From NCBI GenBank assembly GCA_018303325.1, contig JAGVYH010000003.1, forward strand, positions 1-60,976: a stretch of 60,976 nt of DNA, in the 5' to 3' direction. Shown piece after piece: positions 45,090 through 56,989 of this stretch. The DNA is from Candidatus Woesearchaeota archaeon. GTDB taxonomy: Archaea; Nanobdellota; Nanobdellia; Woesearchaeales; DSVV01. Position 1 is the first letter of the stretch. The number at the start of each line of letters is the position of its first letter. Made by a program: the position numbers and the translations under genes. The notes beneath the pieces were generated by a model. The model made no database searches and was not told where the DNA came from. It saw only the letters and a program-made list of their open reading frames with translations.

Positions 45090-48000
45090 ATCCCTGACTA
45101 AATTAATTGTGTTCTTAATAGTATTAGTGGCATTTTCAATATTATTAAGCCTATTATTAAGCCTTACAGTCTATGCAGCGCCGTGTCCCCCTACTTGCAA
45201 TGAGATGGAATTAATAACACTTGCAGCCACAAATCCGCAGGCTGCTTATAATACTAATTCTGAGCTTTCTGTAAAAGTTACAAGCGGAAAGATTTTGGAC
45301 AATCACGATATTGCGCATGATTATTTTACAAAACATCCTGACAAAATGAAAGAATATAAGAAATTTGCGCAAAACTATTTTCTGACAAAAGGAAAGATAA
45401 ATAAAAATTTAATGAAGAAATATTTAAGCGCTTATGTAACAACCCACGATGAGCAGGATTTATGGATTGCCAGAAAATATCTGCGCGGCAATAATTTTAA
45501 GGATGCAACAGACAGAACAATATTCAGATTTTTCATGCGGGATTTAAAAACATTAAGCGGAGAGGATAAAGTAACAGCAAAGAATTTCTTCACAGCCGAG
45601 AATGGCAAATATATCAATGAAAATATACAGAATGTTAGAGAGTTATTTGCAAGATATCTTAAGGCAGAAGGCGTCCAAGTAACAGGAATAAATGGTCCAA
45701 TAAAAGCATTTACCAGAGATGGAACACTCAAAGGAAAAAATGCGCAGGTGAATATTTACAATTTAAAAGAAAAAGCAGGTTTCACTTATGCACTTAAAGT
45801 AGAAAGTGATGGAAGCTTGGCATTGACACAAACACAATTTGGAATAAAACAAAAAGAAGAATTCAAGATAACTGAAAAAGCAAAACAGGAGCAAATGGGC
45901 ACATCAAAATGGTCTGCTTTATGGTCTGTTTTATCTGGAGAAAGTGAAGCAGAATTCTTCATGAGAACCTCTAAAGAAAAACAGAAAGAAACCACAGAAA
46001 CAGAAATATCAGAGGGTATTGTAACCACATACGAGCCAGGTTTTTATTCAACAGATGTTAAAGTTCCATTTGAAGGCGACTTAGAGCTAACAGATGGTGG
46101 TAAATTAAAACTGAAACAAGGAAAAATAAGGCATGTTGATGTAAAAGGCGCAGAGGATGTGACAGCAGATGCGCGATCTTTCAGTGGAAAATTTAAGGAA
46201 GTTGCGGGTGTGGAGTTCAAGAGTCCGTCGCATGTTAAAGTTCATACAGTCCTCTTGCCTGATGAAGATAATCCGCAAAAAAAGACAGTTTATTATAATC
46301 TAGAAGGGGAGCAAGCAGATGATGGTGGTGTGCCAATCATTGGTAAAATAACCCCTTACACATTCAAAGATTATACCCAATTTAGTGAAACCAATGGACA
46401 AGATGTACCAGAAGAAGTAAAAGTAGATTTTGCAGGAGGAATTGATAATAATGGAGTTATACTTTCAGGAAATTACTTAATTAATGATTATAATGCTATT
46501 AATCCAAAAAGAAATATTGTAGCACCTCCTCATGGTACTTCTTTAACTTTAAATGGCGTTACTATATACCCTGAAGAACAACATTATACCCGCATTTTAT
46601 TTCCTAACAAGCCAGTTACAGAAGAGCTTAAAAGCGAAAATTATGTTGCTTTTACAGAAGAAGGTGTTATTGTTAATGGTGCTGGCACTAAAGCATTAAT
46701 AACTCCCACTGGTTTGGTACAAAATGAGCTTGCAGCAACAGGGAAAACAACAGGGTTGGTAAAATTTCCACAAAAAGGATATTTTAGTGTAGGCGATAAA
46801 GATTCTGGAGAAAGTGATAATATTAAAAAAATTCAAGGTTTTGTTGGAGTGCCTCAAACTGGCGTTTATGACCAAACAACATACGATAAAGTTTTTCAAT
46901 GGCAAATAGGTCATTCTTTAAATGGACGCTATATAAAACCAGACGGATTATTTGGCAAACAAACCCTTATGACATACCTTCAAAATAACGAAGGAGATAT
47001 CATCTTATCTACAAGTGTCAACAGCAATTATAACCAAGGAAAAGTTTCATATGAAGAAGGTAAAATAAAAATTGATACACAAGGTGATCTTGAAAGTGTA
47101 AGAGTAGGTGCGAAAGAGTATGCTGTTAAAACAAGTAAAAGAGGTATGGACCAACAATTAGCAGTTGGTGAGTCTGTTCCTGTGGATATAGAGTCACCAG
47201 ATGGTGCAGTTACAGAACACCAGCTTGACCAAGTTCCAGGTTTAAATCCTTTTTTTGCTGCAAAAGAGGTAGGAATACCTTATGAACTAAATGTAGGAAA
47301 GCTTAGTAGTGATGTAGATTCTGAAACAAAAACTGTGGTGCAGGATCCTAACGCATTAAAATATTATCAGTTTGACAGACAGGCAATTTATGCGCAAACA
47401 GGAAATTTTATTGATACTTTAATTAATCCTGAATTAGTAAAAGAAGGTGTAGAAATTAATCCTGAGTTCAAAGAGATGGTTAAGGATGGTAAACTGCGTG
47501 TTGTATATCTAGCAGGAAAAGGCGATGAAGGCAAACTTACATTAGATCATGATACTAATATATTACACACAACAAGCAGTGGATTACAAGAGCCAGCTCA
47601 AACACCTTTGCCGCAAACATTCACTAAAGTTTATACTCAAAAAGATGGAACCCCTATCGATGTTGAGGTTGTAGTAGTTTGGAGTCAAAAACAGGTTACT
47701 GATGAATTAAAACAAGAAGGAACAGATGTTTTTCATATAAGTTCACATTCGCGTTCCATAGAAAAACAAGGTTTCTTTTTAGGTAAAGGTAGATCTATTT
47801 TAGACACAAAAGCATTAGCATCGCATTCTAAAGAATATAAACGCCCTCAACTTGTTAGTGTAAGGTCATGTATTTCCACAAAAAGAACATTACCTGGACT
47901 TAAAGCCATGTTTAAACAATCACAAGGACCGCAAACAACTTACCTTGCTGCAGTTCATAAGCCAGGAGCAGATATTGGCACAACATTATTAGGTGGATTA

Positions 48001-48168
48001 TTAACAGGCAAAAGTTTGAAAGATATCAAAGATATAGCTAATCTTGAAAATCAAGAAGGAGATATGTTTACAATTATTCCTGAAAAGGGAGTGGCTCAAG
48101 TTTCAAAAAAGCCAAAGAAAGAAGAACAACAAATACCTGCTGCAAATGTTGCTGTAAATAATGATTAA
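45067..48168 (+). CDS. large secreted protein (1033 aa) with a probable peptidoglycan-binding (PG_binding_1-like) segment
   Basis: GTG start overlaps the upstream gene by 23 nt. Signal peptide ends VYAAP. IKKIQGFVGVPQTGVYDQTTYDKVFQWQ...DGLFGKQT resembles PG_binding_1. Confidence 0.6.
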   Translation: MKNLHQHKSLTKLIVFLIVLVAFSILLSLLLSLTVYAAPCPPTCNEMELITLAATNPQAAYNTNSELSVKVTSGKILDNHDIAHDYFTKHPDKMKEYKKFAQNYFLTKGKINKNLMKKYLSAYVTTHDEQDLWIARKYLRGNNFKDATDRTIFRFFMRDLKTLSGEDKVTAKNFFTAENGKYINENIQNVRELFARYLKAEGVQVTGINGPIKAFTRDGTLKGKNAQVNIYNLKEKAGFTYALKVESDGSLALTQTQFGIKQKEEFKITEKAKQEQMGTSKWSALWSVLSGESEAEFFMRTSKEKQKETTETEISEGIVTTYEPGFYSTDVKVPFEGDLELTDGGKLKLKQGKIRHVDVKGAEDVTADARSFSGKFKEVAGVEFKSPSHVKVHTVLLPDEDNPQKKTVYYNLEGEQADDGGVPIIGKITPYTFKDYTQFSETNGQDVPEEVKVDFAGGIDNNGVILSGNYLINDYNAINPKRNIVAPPHGTSLTLNGVTIYPEEQHYTRILFPNKPVTEELKSENYVAFTEEGVIVNGAGTKALITPTGLVQNELAATGKTTGLVKFPQKGYFSVGDKDSGESDNIKKIQGFVGVPQTGVYDQTTYDKVFQWQIGHSLNGRYIKPDGLFGKQTLMTYLQNNEGDIILSTSVNSNYNQGKVSYEEGKIKIDTQGDLESVRVGAKEYAVKTSKRGMDQQLAVGESVPVDIESPDGAVTEHQLDQVPGLNPFFAAKEVGIPYELNVGKLSSDVDSETKTVVQDPNALKYYQFDRQAIYAQTGNFIDTLINPELVKEGVEINPEFKEMVKDGKLRVVYLAGKGDEGKLTLDHDTNILHTTSSGLQEPAQTPLPQTFTKVYTQKDGTPIDVEVVVVWSQKQVTDELKQEGTDVFHISSHSRSIEKQGFFLGKGRSILDTKALASHSKEYKRPQLVSVRSCISTKRTLPGLKAMFKQSQGPQTTYLAAVHKPGADIGTTLLGGLLTGKSLKDIKDIANLENQEGDMFTIIPEKGVAQVSKKPKKEEQQIPAANVAVNND

Positions 48169-48192
48169 TGTTCTTATAATGATTACATTATC

Positions 48193-48425
48193 GTATGCGC
48201 ATAGCTCTTTTAAGGAGGATGCTACTGCCTCAAATTTGTTTTCTGAGCAGTTTTATTCGTAAGATATCGAGTGGCCGAAAACTTATAAGATATACATTAT
48301 ATACAAAAGTGATTAATTTTCGAACAAATTAATCACTTTTGTATATATTTGTAGAGAATGAACAATCGTGTTTTCGGCGAAGAAAACTGGCAGTAGCATA
48401 ATCCCAATGAGAGCTATGCGCATAC
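48193..48425 (+). mobile_element. T-family MITE, copy T2, carrying a nested F hairpin (48299..48346)
   Basis: Arms gtatgcgcatagctc...ggatgctactgcc / ggcagtagcataatc...gagctatgcgcatac. No flanking duplication visible. Confidence 0.7.
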
Positions 48426-48461
48426 TCAAAAACCATATATTATTATTATTATTATTAAAGA

Positions 48462-49487
48462 TTACGGTGTAATAACCACTAATGTTCCAATTCCTTTTCC
48501 AAATTGTTCGTCTAATAATCCATAAAGTTTTTTAATTTCTTGATTATTCATTCTTATACAACCATAAGATGCATCAGTTCCTATTGTGTCTTGTAGTCTT
48601 GTAACAGAGCCATGAAATGCAATTTCATCATAAGGTCTTCTGTTTTTTGGAACACCAACAGATATCATTCTTGGACCATAACGAGGACCAATTTTCTGTA
48701 ACTCTTGGTCTTTAGCAGATTTGTAATAAGCAACAGGATCTTCAACCATCCTATCCACCCAAAATATTCCTTCAGGCGTGGTTCTGTCTTTTGCATTTAA
48801 TCCTGCAATTGTTCTTCTCTTGCCTTTAGTCTTTCCAATCGCAATCTCATAAACATTGTCTGGTTGTTTTTCTTGATTATCTCCGTGAGTTTCATCTTCA
48901 CTTCCAAAATTAAAATAATACAGATAATATGAAGATTTGCATTTTGTTGTGCTTCCACCTTCTTTCTCACTAGGTTTATCTTTTCTGCACGTTTTTGACT
49001 TATCGACAATAATAACTGCTTTTGGCAGAAACCTAAATCTCTTATAATCTTCAGAATAACTCTGAATGAATTCTTTAAAATATTCATCCATAAATCCTTC
49101 ATGTATATACTTTTGAGGAATAGATGCGAATAAACTGTTTAGATGTTCTTCTAAATGTGAGCGATACTCATCTTTGCCTGTATCATCGCTTGTAAATAAA
49201 TCGTTAGTAAATTCGCTGGTAAATGACGCTGTTTCTCCCAAAACTTCTTTCCCAAATTTTTTCACTCTTTCGCGGAAATCAACAACAACATCTAAAGAAT
49301 CAGTTGAGGTATCAGTTTTATTCATTCCTTTTTGCGAACCTTTTGAACCTTCTTGATGTTTCGAACCTCTTTTTTCTGTGTTTTTATGATGAATTGGTGT
49401 TTTTTCAATACTATCATTATTAATATCAACAGGATTACCTAAGATAAATGCCAATGACAGCAATGCAGGAATTATCTTAAACTTCAT
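48462..49487 (-). CDS. secreted L,D-transpeptidase (YkuD) domain protein
   Basis: Signal peptide MKFKIIPALLSLAFILG. C-terminal IAFHGS...GTDASYGCIRMNNQEI matches the YkuD H...S.GC.R catalytic motif. Confidence 0.75.
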   Translation of the reverse strand: MKFKIIPALLSLAFILGNPVDINNDSIEKTPIHHKNTEKRGSKHQEGSKGSQKGMNKTDTSTDSLDVVVDFRERVKKFGKEVLGETASFTSEFTNDLFTSDDTGKDEYRSHLEEHLNSLFASIPQKYIHEGFMDEYFKEFIQSYSEDYKRFRFLPKAVIIVDKSKTCRKDKPSEKEGGSTTKCKSSYYLYYFNFGSEDETHGDNQEKQPDNVYEIAIGKTKGKRRTIAGLNAKDRTTPEGIFWVDRMVEDPVAYYKSAKDQELQKIGPRYGPRMISVGVPKNRRPYDEIAFHGSVTRLQDTIGTDASYGCIRMNNQEIKKLYGLLDEQFGKGIGTLVVITP

Positions 49488-50045
49488 TAAAACACCCATA
49501 ACATTAAATACATCAATAAAAATAACTAATAACTAATAAAACAAAACTATTAAACCAATCAGAAGAAACCATTTTTCTTTTAAAAAGTTTGTTACTGTTG
49601 TTATTGAGTTGCAGTGTTCTCTCGACGAGAGAATCTTTGTATATTTTTGTCACAAAAAGGTGATAGAATTTATAATTTGTTACTAAATTACATCTTTTTG
49701 AATAATGTTTATACTCTCTTCAAATTTTTTCTTTAATTATTATGTGATAACTTAAGTTTACAACTGATATTTAGAGTTTACGGTTGAAAACCATAATATT
49801 TTAATACATCTTACTATCTTTATAATTTTAATTCAGTTTATAATTTGGATATACTCAAATTCCTTGATTTTCGAACAAACTAATTCCATTTAATATATGT
49901 ACTAGTACTATGACAACTTAATGTTGTAACATATTAATACAGTGTACCTTTTGGGTATTATGCAGTTATTTGTCTGAAAATTAAATTGTCAAGCTACTAG
50001 TAATCATAAATATTGCACATTATGGGACAGAAGGGAGTGATCAAA

Positions 50046-50345
50046 ATGAAAAAATGTTCTGAATGCAATGGAAAAATGGTTGAATTAAAAGCCAAAACAC
50101 CTGAAGGGATAGAATATGATTATTTCATATGTGAAATGTGTGGTGAAGAAATTATTAAAGCAGAGAAATTACATGCAGTCCCACAGAAACATAGATTAAA
50201 AAGGTACAACGCAAAGATTTCTAAATTGAGAGAGGGCTTAGGAATAAAAATACCTTCTGAACTGGTAAAAAAATACAAATTAAAGGATAATGGACTAGTT
50301 ACAATTATATCTGAAAAAGAAGGAATCAAAATTATTACGGCTTAA
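50046..50345 (+). CDS. zinc-ribbon + SpoVT/AbrB-like small DNA-binding protein
   Basis: CSECNG...CEMCGEE ribbon; C-terminal GIKIPSELVKKYKLKDNGLVTI AbrB-like swapped-hairpin motif. ATG is preceded by gggag. Confidence 0.55.
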   Translation: MKKCSECNGKMVELKAKTPEGIEYDYFICEMCGEEIIKAEKLHAVPQKHRLKRYNAKISKLREGLGIKIPSELVKKYKLKDNGLVTIISEKEGIKIITA

Positions 50346-50364
50346 ACAGAAACAATACCTTAGA

Positions 50365-50688
50365 TTAGAACAACTCAACCCCCGTAATCCAATAAACCGC
50401 TGCCCAAAACAATGCAATGATGCCTAACTGCAGCAGCCATGCAATAAAAGACCTGAACCAGCCCATTCTAAACATTATTTTGTAAATAAGCAATAATAAT
50501 AAGAACGAAATCAAGCCAGAAAATTTATTTATCTTCAATCCAATAAGAAAACTTGCTATTGCCACAAGGAAATTGACAAACATCGCCTTAAACCATGTAG
50601 ACTTTCCGTCTAAAAGGCTTACTGCTATATGCAATGGTATTGCAGATATCACAAATGAAATAATTAAATAGATAAGTTTGGCAGGCAT
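50365..50688 (-). CDS. small membrane protein (107 aa, 3 TM)
   Basis: Three hydrophobic helices; no other motif. Confidence 0.5.
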   Translation of the reverse strand: MPAKLIYLIISFVISAIPLHIAVSLLDGKSTWFKAMFVNFLVAIASFLIGLKINKFSGLISFLLLLLIYKIMFRMGWFRSFIAWLLQLGIIALFWAAVYWITGVELF

Positions 50689-50946
50689 AATATTCTATAA
50701 AAGCGCAGAATTTATATATTTTTTCTAATCGCAAAAATCAACTTAAACTTTCTACTCCTAAATAAAAACACTATATAAATATCATAAAATATGATAAAAT
50801 TACACCTAAATTCATGCAAAGATTTATATATAACCGCGTATAAGGCATATATAGGATTTAGTTTGATTTTCAAATTAAAACCTAAACAACAAAACAAGAA
50901 TAACAGAGTAAGGGAGAAAATTAAGAATAAAGGGGAGGTAAATAAA

Positions 50947-51096
50947 ATGGCTGAAAAATTAAGTTTTTATGATGTAAAAGGCAAGAAGAAGTTCACATCA
51001 GACAAATACACAACTGTAACAAAGAAAGGCAGAAAATTTGCAGTTGCAGACGCTCCATCAGGAATCAAGGCATGGAGAATATTAGGAAGAGCATAA
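50947..51096 (+). CDS. small basic protein (49 aa), candidate nucleic-acid-binding protein
   Basis: ggggagg RBS 7 nt before the ATG. MAEKLSFYDVKGKKKFTSDKYTTVTKKGRKFAVADAPSGIKAWRILGRA is Lys/Arg-rich and beta-strand-like. The longer ORF-track start is unlikely. Confidence 0.55.
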   Translation: MAEKLSFYDVKGKKKFTSDKYTTVTKKGRKFAVADAPSGIKAWRILGRA

Positions 51097-51189
51097 ATCT
51101 TCTTATTTCTTCTTTTTATTTTTTTAAGTTTATTTTTTGATTTATTATCTAGTTTTTAACCTAATTTCTTAATACATTTAACCCCACTT

Positions 51190-51385
51190 TCTCACTCTCA
51201 GCACGTTTGTGGGCGCAGCCACCGTCTCATGAAAAATAAAAATAGGTGCTAGGTGCTAGTGGCTAAGTGGGTGCTGGCTTCTAAGTGCTGGGTGCTAGTT
51301 ACGATGAATTATCGCTGCCAGCACCTAGAACCCATCACCTAGTTTTCATAGTGAACCGTGGCTGCGCCATAGAACGAGATAAATC
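51190..51385 (+). mobile_element. P element, copy P3 (AGGTGCT-type core, degenerate ends)
   Basis: cacgtttgtgggcgcagccaccgtctcatgaaaaa ... ggtgcta-type hairpin with the same loop (agcgataattcatcgtaac) as P2 ... ttttcatagtgaaccgtggctgcgcc. Confidence 0.65.
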
Positions 51386-51464
51386 AGTTAAATGTCTATT
51401 TTCACTATGTTTAAATAATAAAAACAGTAAAATTTATAATCTAACTCTTTTTTCTTTATCTATT

Positions 51465-52589
51465 ATGGTCACATTTACATCTGAACACAAAGGAGTCCAC
51501 GGAAAAGCTATGTATGTAGCTGTTCCACTAAGGCCTACACTGACAGAGATATTAGGCAGCTCTGAATTTAAAGACGATGCTTTTCCTATGCCTGATTCTC
51601 CTCCACATATTGAAGGAAGAAAGATTATAGTTGAAGCAAATAATTCTCTTGTTGAAATTGTGGCTGCATTTTCAAAAGAAAAGGGTGATATTTCACAGTT
51701 GTATGTAGTTCCGAATGATGGCTTAGATGGTACTACCTTAAGCATTTCAGTGATTGGCAAAACGCCTTCAACTGTAGATAATATTATCAAAAGATTGTTA
51801 TCTTTTTTTGGTACGTATATTGATTTAAAGATGAAACCAGCTGTTCGTCCAAGATTTGAAAGAGCATTTCAAGGAGCTCTTCATGAAGCAACTTATAATT
51901 TTCCTTTCTTTGAGCAATATCAGAAAATCAGAGCAAACTTGTCAGATGTACAAAAATTGCCAAATATGAAAATTAAAAAAGGCTTTATTATAGATTTCGG
52001 TAATGAGATATTAAAACAAGTTGGGATAACTAATTTTCAATCTGCTTATAATGTAATGCTTGTTAAAAGAATCCAAGGAATATATCAAAATATACCTTTA
52101 GAACTATCTCTTGTTCATATATTTGGTCCAAGATTATATCCAAAAGTACAAGGAGTATTCCTTTACAAAAAGTTTGAAAGCAGCTGTCCATCATGTGAAA
52201 TCTCTACATGTGACCAAGCAGAAGCATTTGCTGGACATTTTCTTTCTGCAAAAAGACTTGTTTTTGGCGGCGTTATGCTTTTGCCAGAAAAAAGAAAAGT
52301 GTTTTACAAAGATCAGGAATCAGGTCCGCAAGGACAATTAGATTTTTGTGTGAAATGTATTACTTATATTGATTCTGATTCACCATTTGAAAAATTTGAA
52401 CCTGAATTATCTAAGTTTGCTTCACCTCTCCAAGTGACAACAGTGAGTGATGATTATAAAAGACACCACCCAAACCCACAAAGCGGCATTGATATGGCAA
52501 ATGTTCCTAACCAATTTGCCAAAGAACAAATCGAGATTATGCGCGGATTGACAAGGTTAGTTTATGATTCTTATAACTTGAATAATTAA
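51465..52589 (+). CDS. hypothetical protein (375 aa)
   Basis: Long ORF. Start moved to ATG 51465 because the upstream 60 codons are translated P-element sequence. Cys pairs CPSCEISTC and FCVKC are present. Confidence 0.55.
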   Translation: MVTFTSEHKGVHGKAMYVAVPLRPTLTEILGSSEFKDDAFPMPDSPPHIEGRKIIVEANNSLVEIVAAFSKEKGDISQLYVVPNDGLDGTTLSISVIGKTPSTVDNIIKRLLSFFGTYIDLKMKPAVRPRFERAFQGALHEATYNFPFFEQYQKIRANLSDVQKLPNMKIKKGFIIDFGNEILKQVGITNFQSAYNVMLVKRIQGIYQNIPLELSLVHIFGPRLYPKVQGVFLYKKFESSCPSCEISTCDQAEAFAGHFLSAKRLVFGGVMLLPEKRKVFYKDQESGPQGQLDFCVKCITYIDSDSPFEKFEPELSKFASPLQVTTVSDDYKRHHPNPQSGIDMANVPNQFAKEQIEIMRGLTRLVYDSYNLNN

Positions 52590-52680
52590 GTCAACAAAAT
52601 TATTTACACTACCATTTACACTATCCCTCTTTTATTTTTTTAATCCCTTTTTTTGACTCTTTTTCTAGCTTACAACCCCT

Positions 52681-52860
52681 CTTTCCAACCACAACTCGTT
52701 TGTGTGCGAAGCCACCGTCACATGAAAAGAAAATAAAGTAAGATAGTAGGAAGGTCAGATGGTTTGATGGAAACGACTTATTTCCGTCGTGCCGTTCGTA
52801 GTACCTTCAGACCATCAAACCATATTACCATCTTACCTTTTTTAGTGAACGTGTTGCAAA
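52681..52860 (+). mobile_element. P element, copy P4 (GA[AT]GGT octamer core), truncated at its right end
   Basis: ctcgtttgtgtgcgaagccaccgtcacatgaaaa ... core near-identical to P6 and P8 ... ttttttagtgaacgtgttg. Ends 1 nt before the PAC2 stop codon. Confidence 0.65.
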
Positions 52861-52861
52861 T

Positions 52862-53662
52862 CTACCCAATATAACTAACTTCTTCCTTAAACTTTCGCTT
52901 TAATTTCTTTATTGCAATATCCTTGCTTACATCACTTAATTCTTTTGTTGTCTTGAGCATTTCTTTTTCAAGGCCTTTTATTTCTTTGTCAAGCTCGTTT
53001 AAGTGTATTTTCAAGTCTAATTTTTGCTGCAGTATTTTCATTATCTCCCTTGCTCCTTTTACACCAAGATACATTGGGTGGCCTATTGTTTCTGCAAGCA
53101 TTGCAATACCTTGAATCTTTCGTTTCCCGGCTAAACCAACTAAAAGTCCTGTAACACCGATTATTGGCCCAACAATGCCATAAATCTTGTCAGTTGCCTT
53201 TGTTCCTTTTACATATTTGGCAACAATTTCCTTAGAATTGCCTGTGCAATATATTTTTGGTGTTTTTGGCACATCCTGAAGCCCAATGCCGCCAATAGTT
53301 ATAATCTCTTTGCCCTTAAACTTTTCAAATAAATTCAGCACATCTTCGCAAAATAAGTATGAACTTTCTTCGTCAATCGGCTGAATGTCTCCCGCAATAA
53401 ACAAAAGGTCATTTTTTTTAGGGTTGTTAAATTTTTTATAATAAATTTCTATAGTTGGTAATTCTACAAGGTCTTTTTCATTAACAAAAACAGTATGGGG
53501 GAATGAATATGAAAACACATCATACAGCTTTACAGCCTTTAAATCATCAATCAAGAAATCAACTACAACCTTGCCAACATTGCCAATTCCTGGCAAACCC
53601 TCTATTAATATAGGTTTATTTAATTTGGGAATCTTTCCGTGTAAAGTAAATTTCCATTTCAT
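52862..53662 (-). CDS. PAC2 family proteasome assembly chaperone (archaeal COG1938-type)
   Basis: LIEGLPGIGNVGKVVVDFLIDDL N-terminal signature. ATG 53662 preferred over TTG 53668. Confidence 0.75.
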   Translation of the reverse strand: MKWKFTLHGKIPKLNKPILIEGLPGIGNVGKVVVDFLIDDLKAVKLYDVFSYSFPHTVFVNEKDLVELPTIEIYYKKFNNPKKNDLLFIAGDIQPIDEESSYLFCEDVLNLFEKFKGKEIITIGGIGLQDVPKTPKIYCTGNSKEIVAKYVKGTKATDKIYGIVGPIIGVTGLLVGLAGKRKIQGIAMLAETIGHPMYLGVKGAREIMKILQQKLDLKIHLNELDKEIKGLEKEMLKTTKELSDVSKDIAIKKLKRKFKEEVSYIG

Positions 53663-53714
53663 GAGCAAACACCAAACATCTTTTATTGCAGATTAAATAA
53701 TTTTTAATTAAATC

Positions 53715-53939
53715 GTATTTGTTTAGCTGATTTCTTGTTTCCGTTCTCAATCTTCTTCTTAATTTCCTTTTTTTCTCACAATCACTTTTTCCGCTCTCAA
53801 CACATTCCAAGGACGCAGTCCCTCGTCTCATGATTCTATTTTTTTAAAGTTTTTTTTAAGTTATATACTAAAAAGGTAAACTAAAGCCTAAACTAAACTT
53901 CATGAGAAGGGTGGCTGCGTCCAGGAACTGAACAAAAAC
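53715..53939 (+). mobile_element. P element, copy P5 (complete ends, AT-rich degenerate core)
   Basis: gtatttgtttagctgatttc ... ccgctctcaacacattccaaggacgcagtccctcgtctcatga ... catgagaagggtggctgcgtccaggaactgaacaaaaac. Flanks attaaatc / attaaatt (7 of 8). Confidence 0.7.
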
Positions 53940-53968
53940 ATTAAATTTACAATTAATGAATCTTTTCC

Positions 53969-54139
53969 TTAAATTAAACCCTTACCTTTTCTATCATCTG
54001 CTTTAACTTCTCGCCTGTATTTCGCATATTTATCCTCAGGAGAGTATTTTGGGGGCTTTGTTTCGATAGTCTTTTCGCCGCAACACTCTTTCTTTAGTGT
54101 ATATTTATTGCATTTCTGGCATTTAAGTATATGCTGCAT
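53969..54139 (-). CDS. nop10: H/ACA RNP protein Nop10
   Basis: MQHILKCQKCNKYTLKKECCGEKTIETKPPKYSPEDKYAKYRR matches the archaeal Nop10 zinc ribbon and KPPK[FY]SPED..KYRR motif. G-rich RBS before ATG 54139. Confidence 0.85.
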   Translation of the reverse strand: MQHILKCQKCNKYTLKKECCGEKTIETKPPKYSPEDKYAKYRREVKADDRKGKGLI

Positions 54140-54231
54140 AAGTAACCCCCCTTCTATAATTATAATAAATATATACATCCATAAATAAGATTAATATTTA
54201 AAGATGTTATTTAAATAGTTTTTCTTATTGA

Positions 54232-54384
54232 GTATGTATTAAGCCTGCCCTCATTTTGTCAGCTTTGCTATCATATCTCGTAAGACTATCAGGAAAGCGA
54301 AAACCATCAGTAAACTCAAGTTCCTTTGCTGTGTCTTAATTAATCAGGTTTTCGCCAAAGCTGACTGGCAGGCTTAATACATAC
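54232..54384 (+). mobile_element. T-family MITE, copy T4 (different arm sequence, same internal boxes)
   Basis: gtatgtattaagcctgcc ... ctcgtaagactatcagg..cgaaaac ... gttttcgccaaag ... ggcaggcttaatacatac. Exact 8-bp duplication cttattga (54224..54231 and 54385..54392). Confidence 0.8.
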
Positions 54385-54411
54385 CTTATTGAATGTTACA
54401 TCTTATCCAAA

Positions 54412-54695
54412 TTATTTGTTTAGATAATGTTTTGTATCTTAATCTTAATTCGGTTTCCCGCTCTTAATCCGTTTGTGGTGCGCAGTACACCGTCACATGA
54501 AAAAAAGGTAAGAAGGTTTGAAGGTCAGATGGTTTGATGGCAGCGACTTATTTCCGTCGTGCTGTTCGTAGTACCTTCAGACCATCAAACCATATTACCA
54601 TCTTACCTTTTTTAGTGAACTGGTTGGACATGCCAGGAACTAAAAAAAACTTAAAATTATTGAACAATGGCTTCGCCCAAGAATGAAACAAAAAC
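54412..54695 (+). mobile_element. P element, copy P6, plus an extra solo right-end segment
   Basis: ttatttgtttagat ... cccgctcttaatccgtttgtggtgcgcagtacaccgtcacatgaaaaa ... octamer core ... tagtgaactggttggacatgccaggaactaaa, then ttgaacaatggcttcgcccaagaatgaaacaaaaac. Ends 15 nt before the gyrB stop. Confidence 0.7.
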
Positions 54696-54710
54696 AACAT
54701 TAGAAATCAA

Positions 54711-56855
<2,145 letters not shown>

Positions 56856-56989
56856 TTATGTAAATTCATATAAATTTAAACATGATTTTTCTCGTCGAGA
56901 AAAACTCCTTTTTTTACACTTTCTAAATGCGTTTTTCTTTATATACTTTTCGCTTTTCTGTGTGAAATTTTTGTAGAATTTTTAAGTGG

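Noticed and set aside
25397-48168. Diversity-generating retroelement acting on the giant surface proteins.
   Set aside because: No reverse transcriptase (no YxDD-type ORF) was seen, and no template/variable repeat pair with A-specific mismatches was found by eye.
52740-52850. An apparent a-b-a'-b' (pseudoknot-like) arrangement in the P4/P6/P8 core (gaaggt..ggtttgatgg ... accttc..ccatcaaacc).
   Set aside because: The arms are tandem octamers (NNGA[AT]GGT and the complement). Read as repeat units, the arms pair as an ordinary imperfect hairpin in shifted register.
53616-53831. 71-aa ORF upstream of the PAC2 gene.
   Set aside because: It overlaps P5 and the PAC2 start, and its arginine-rich composition comes from the conserved P-element boxes.
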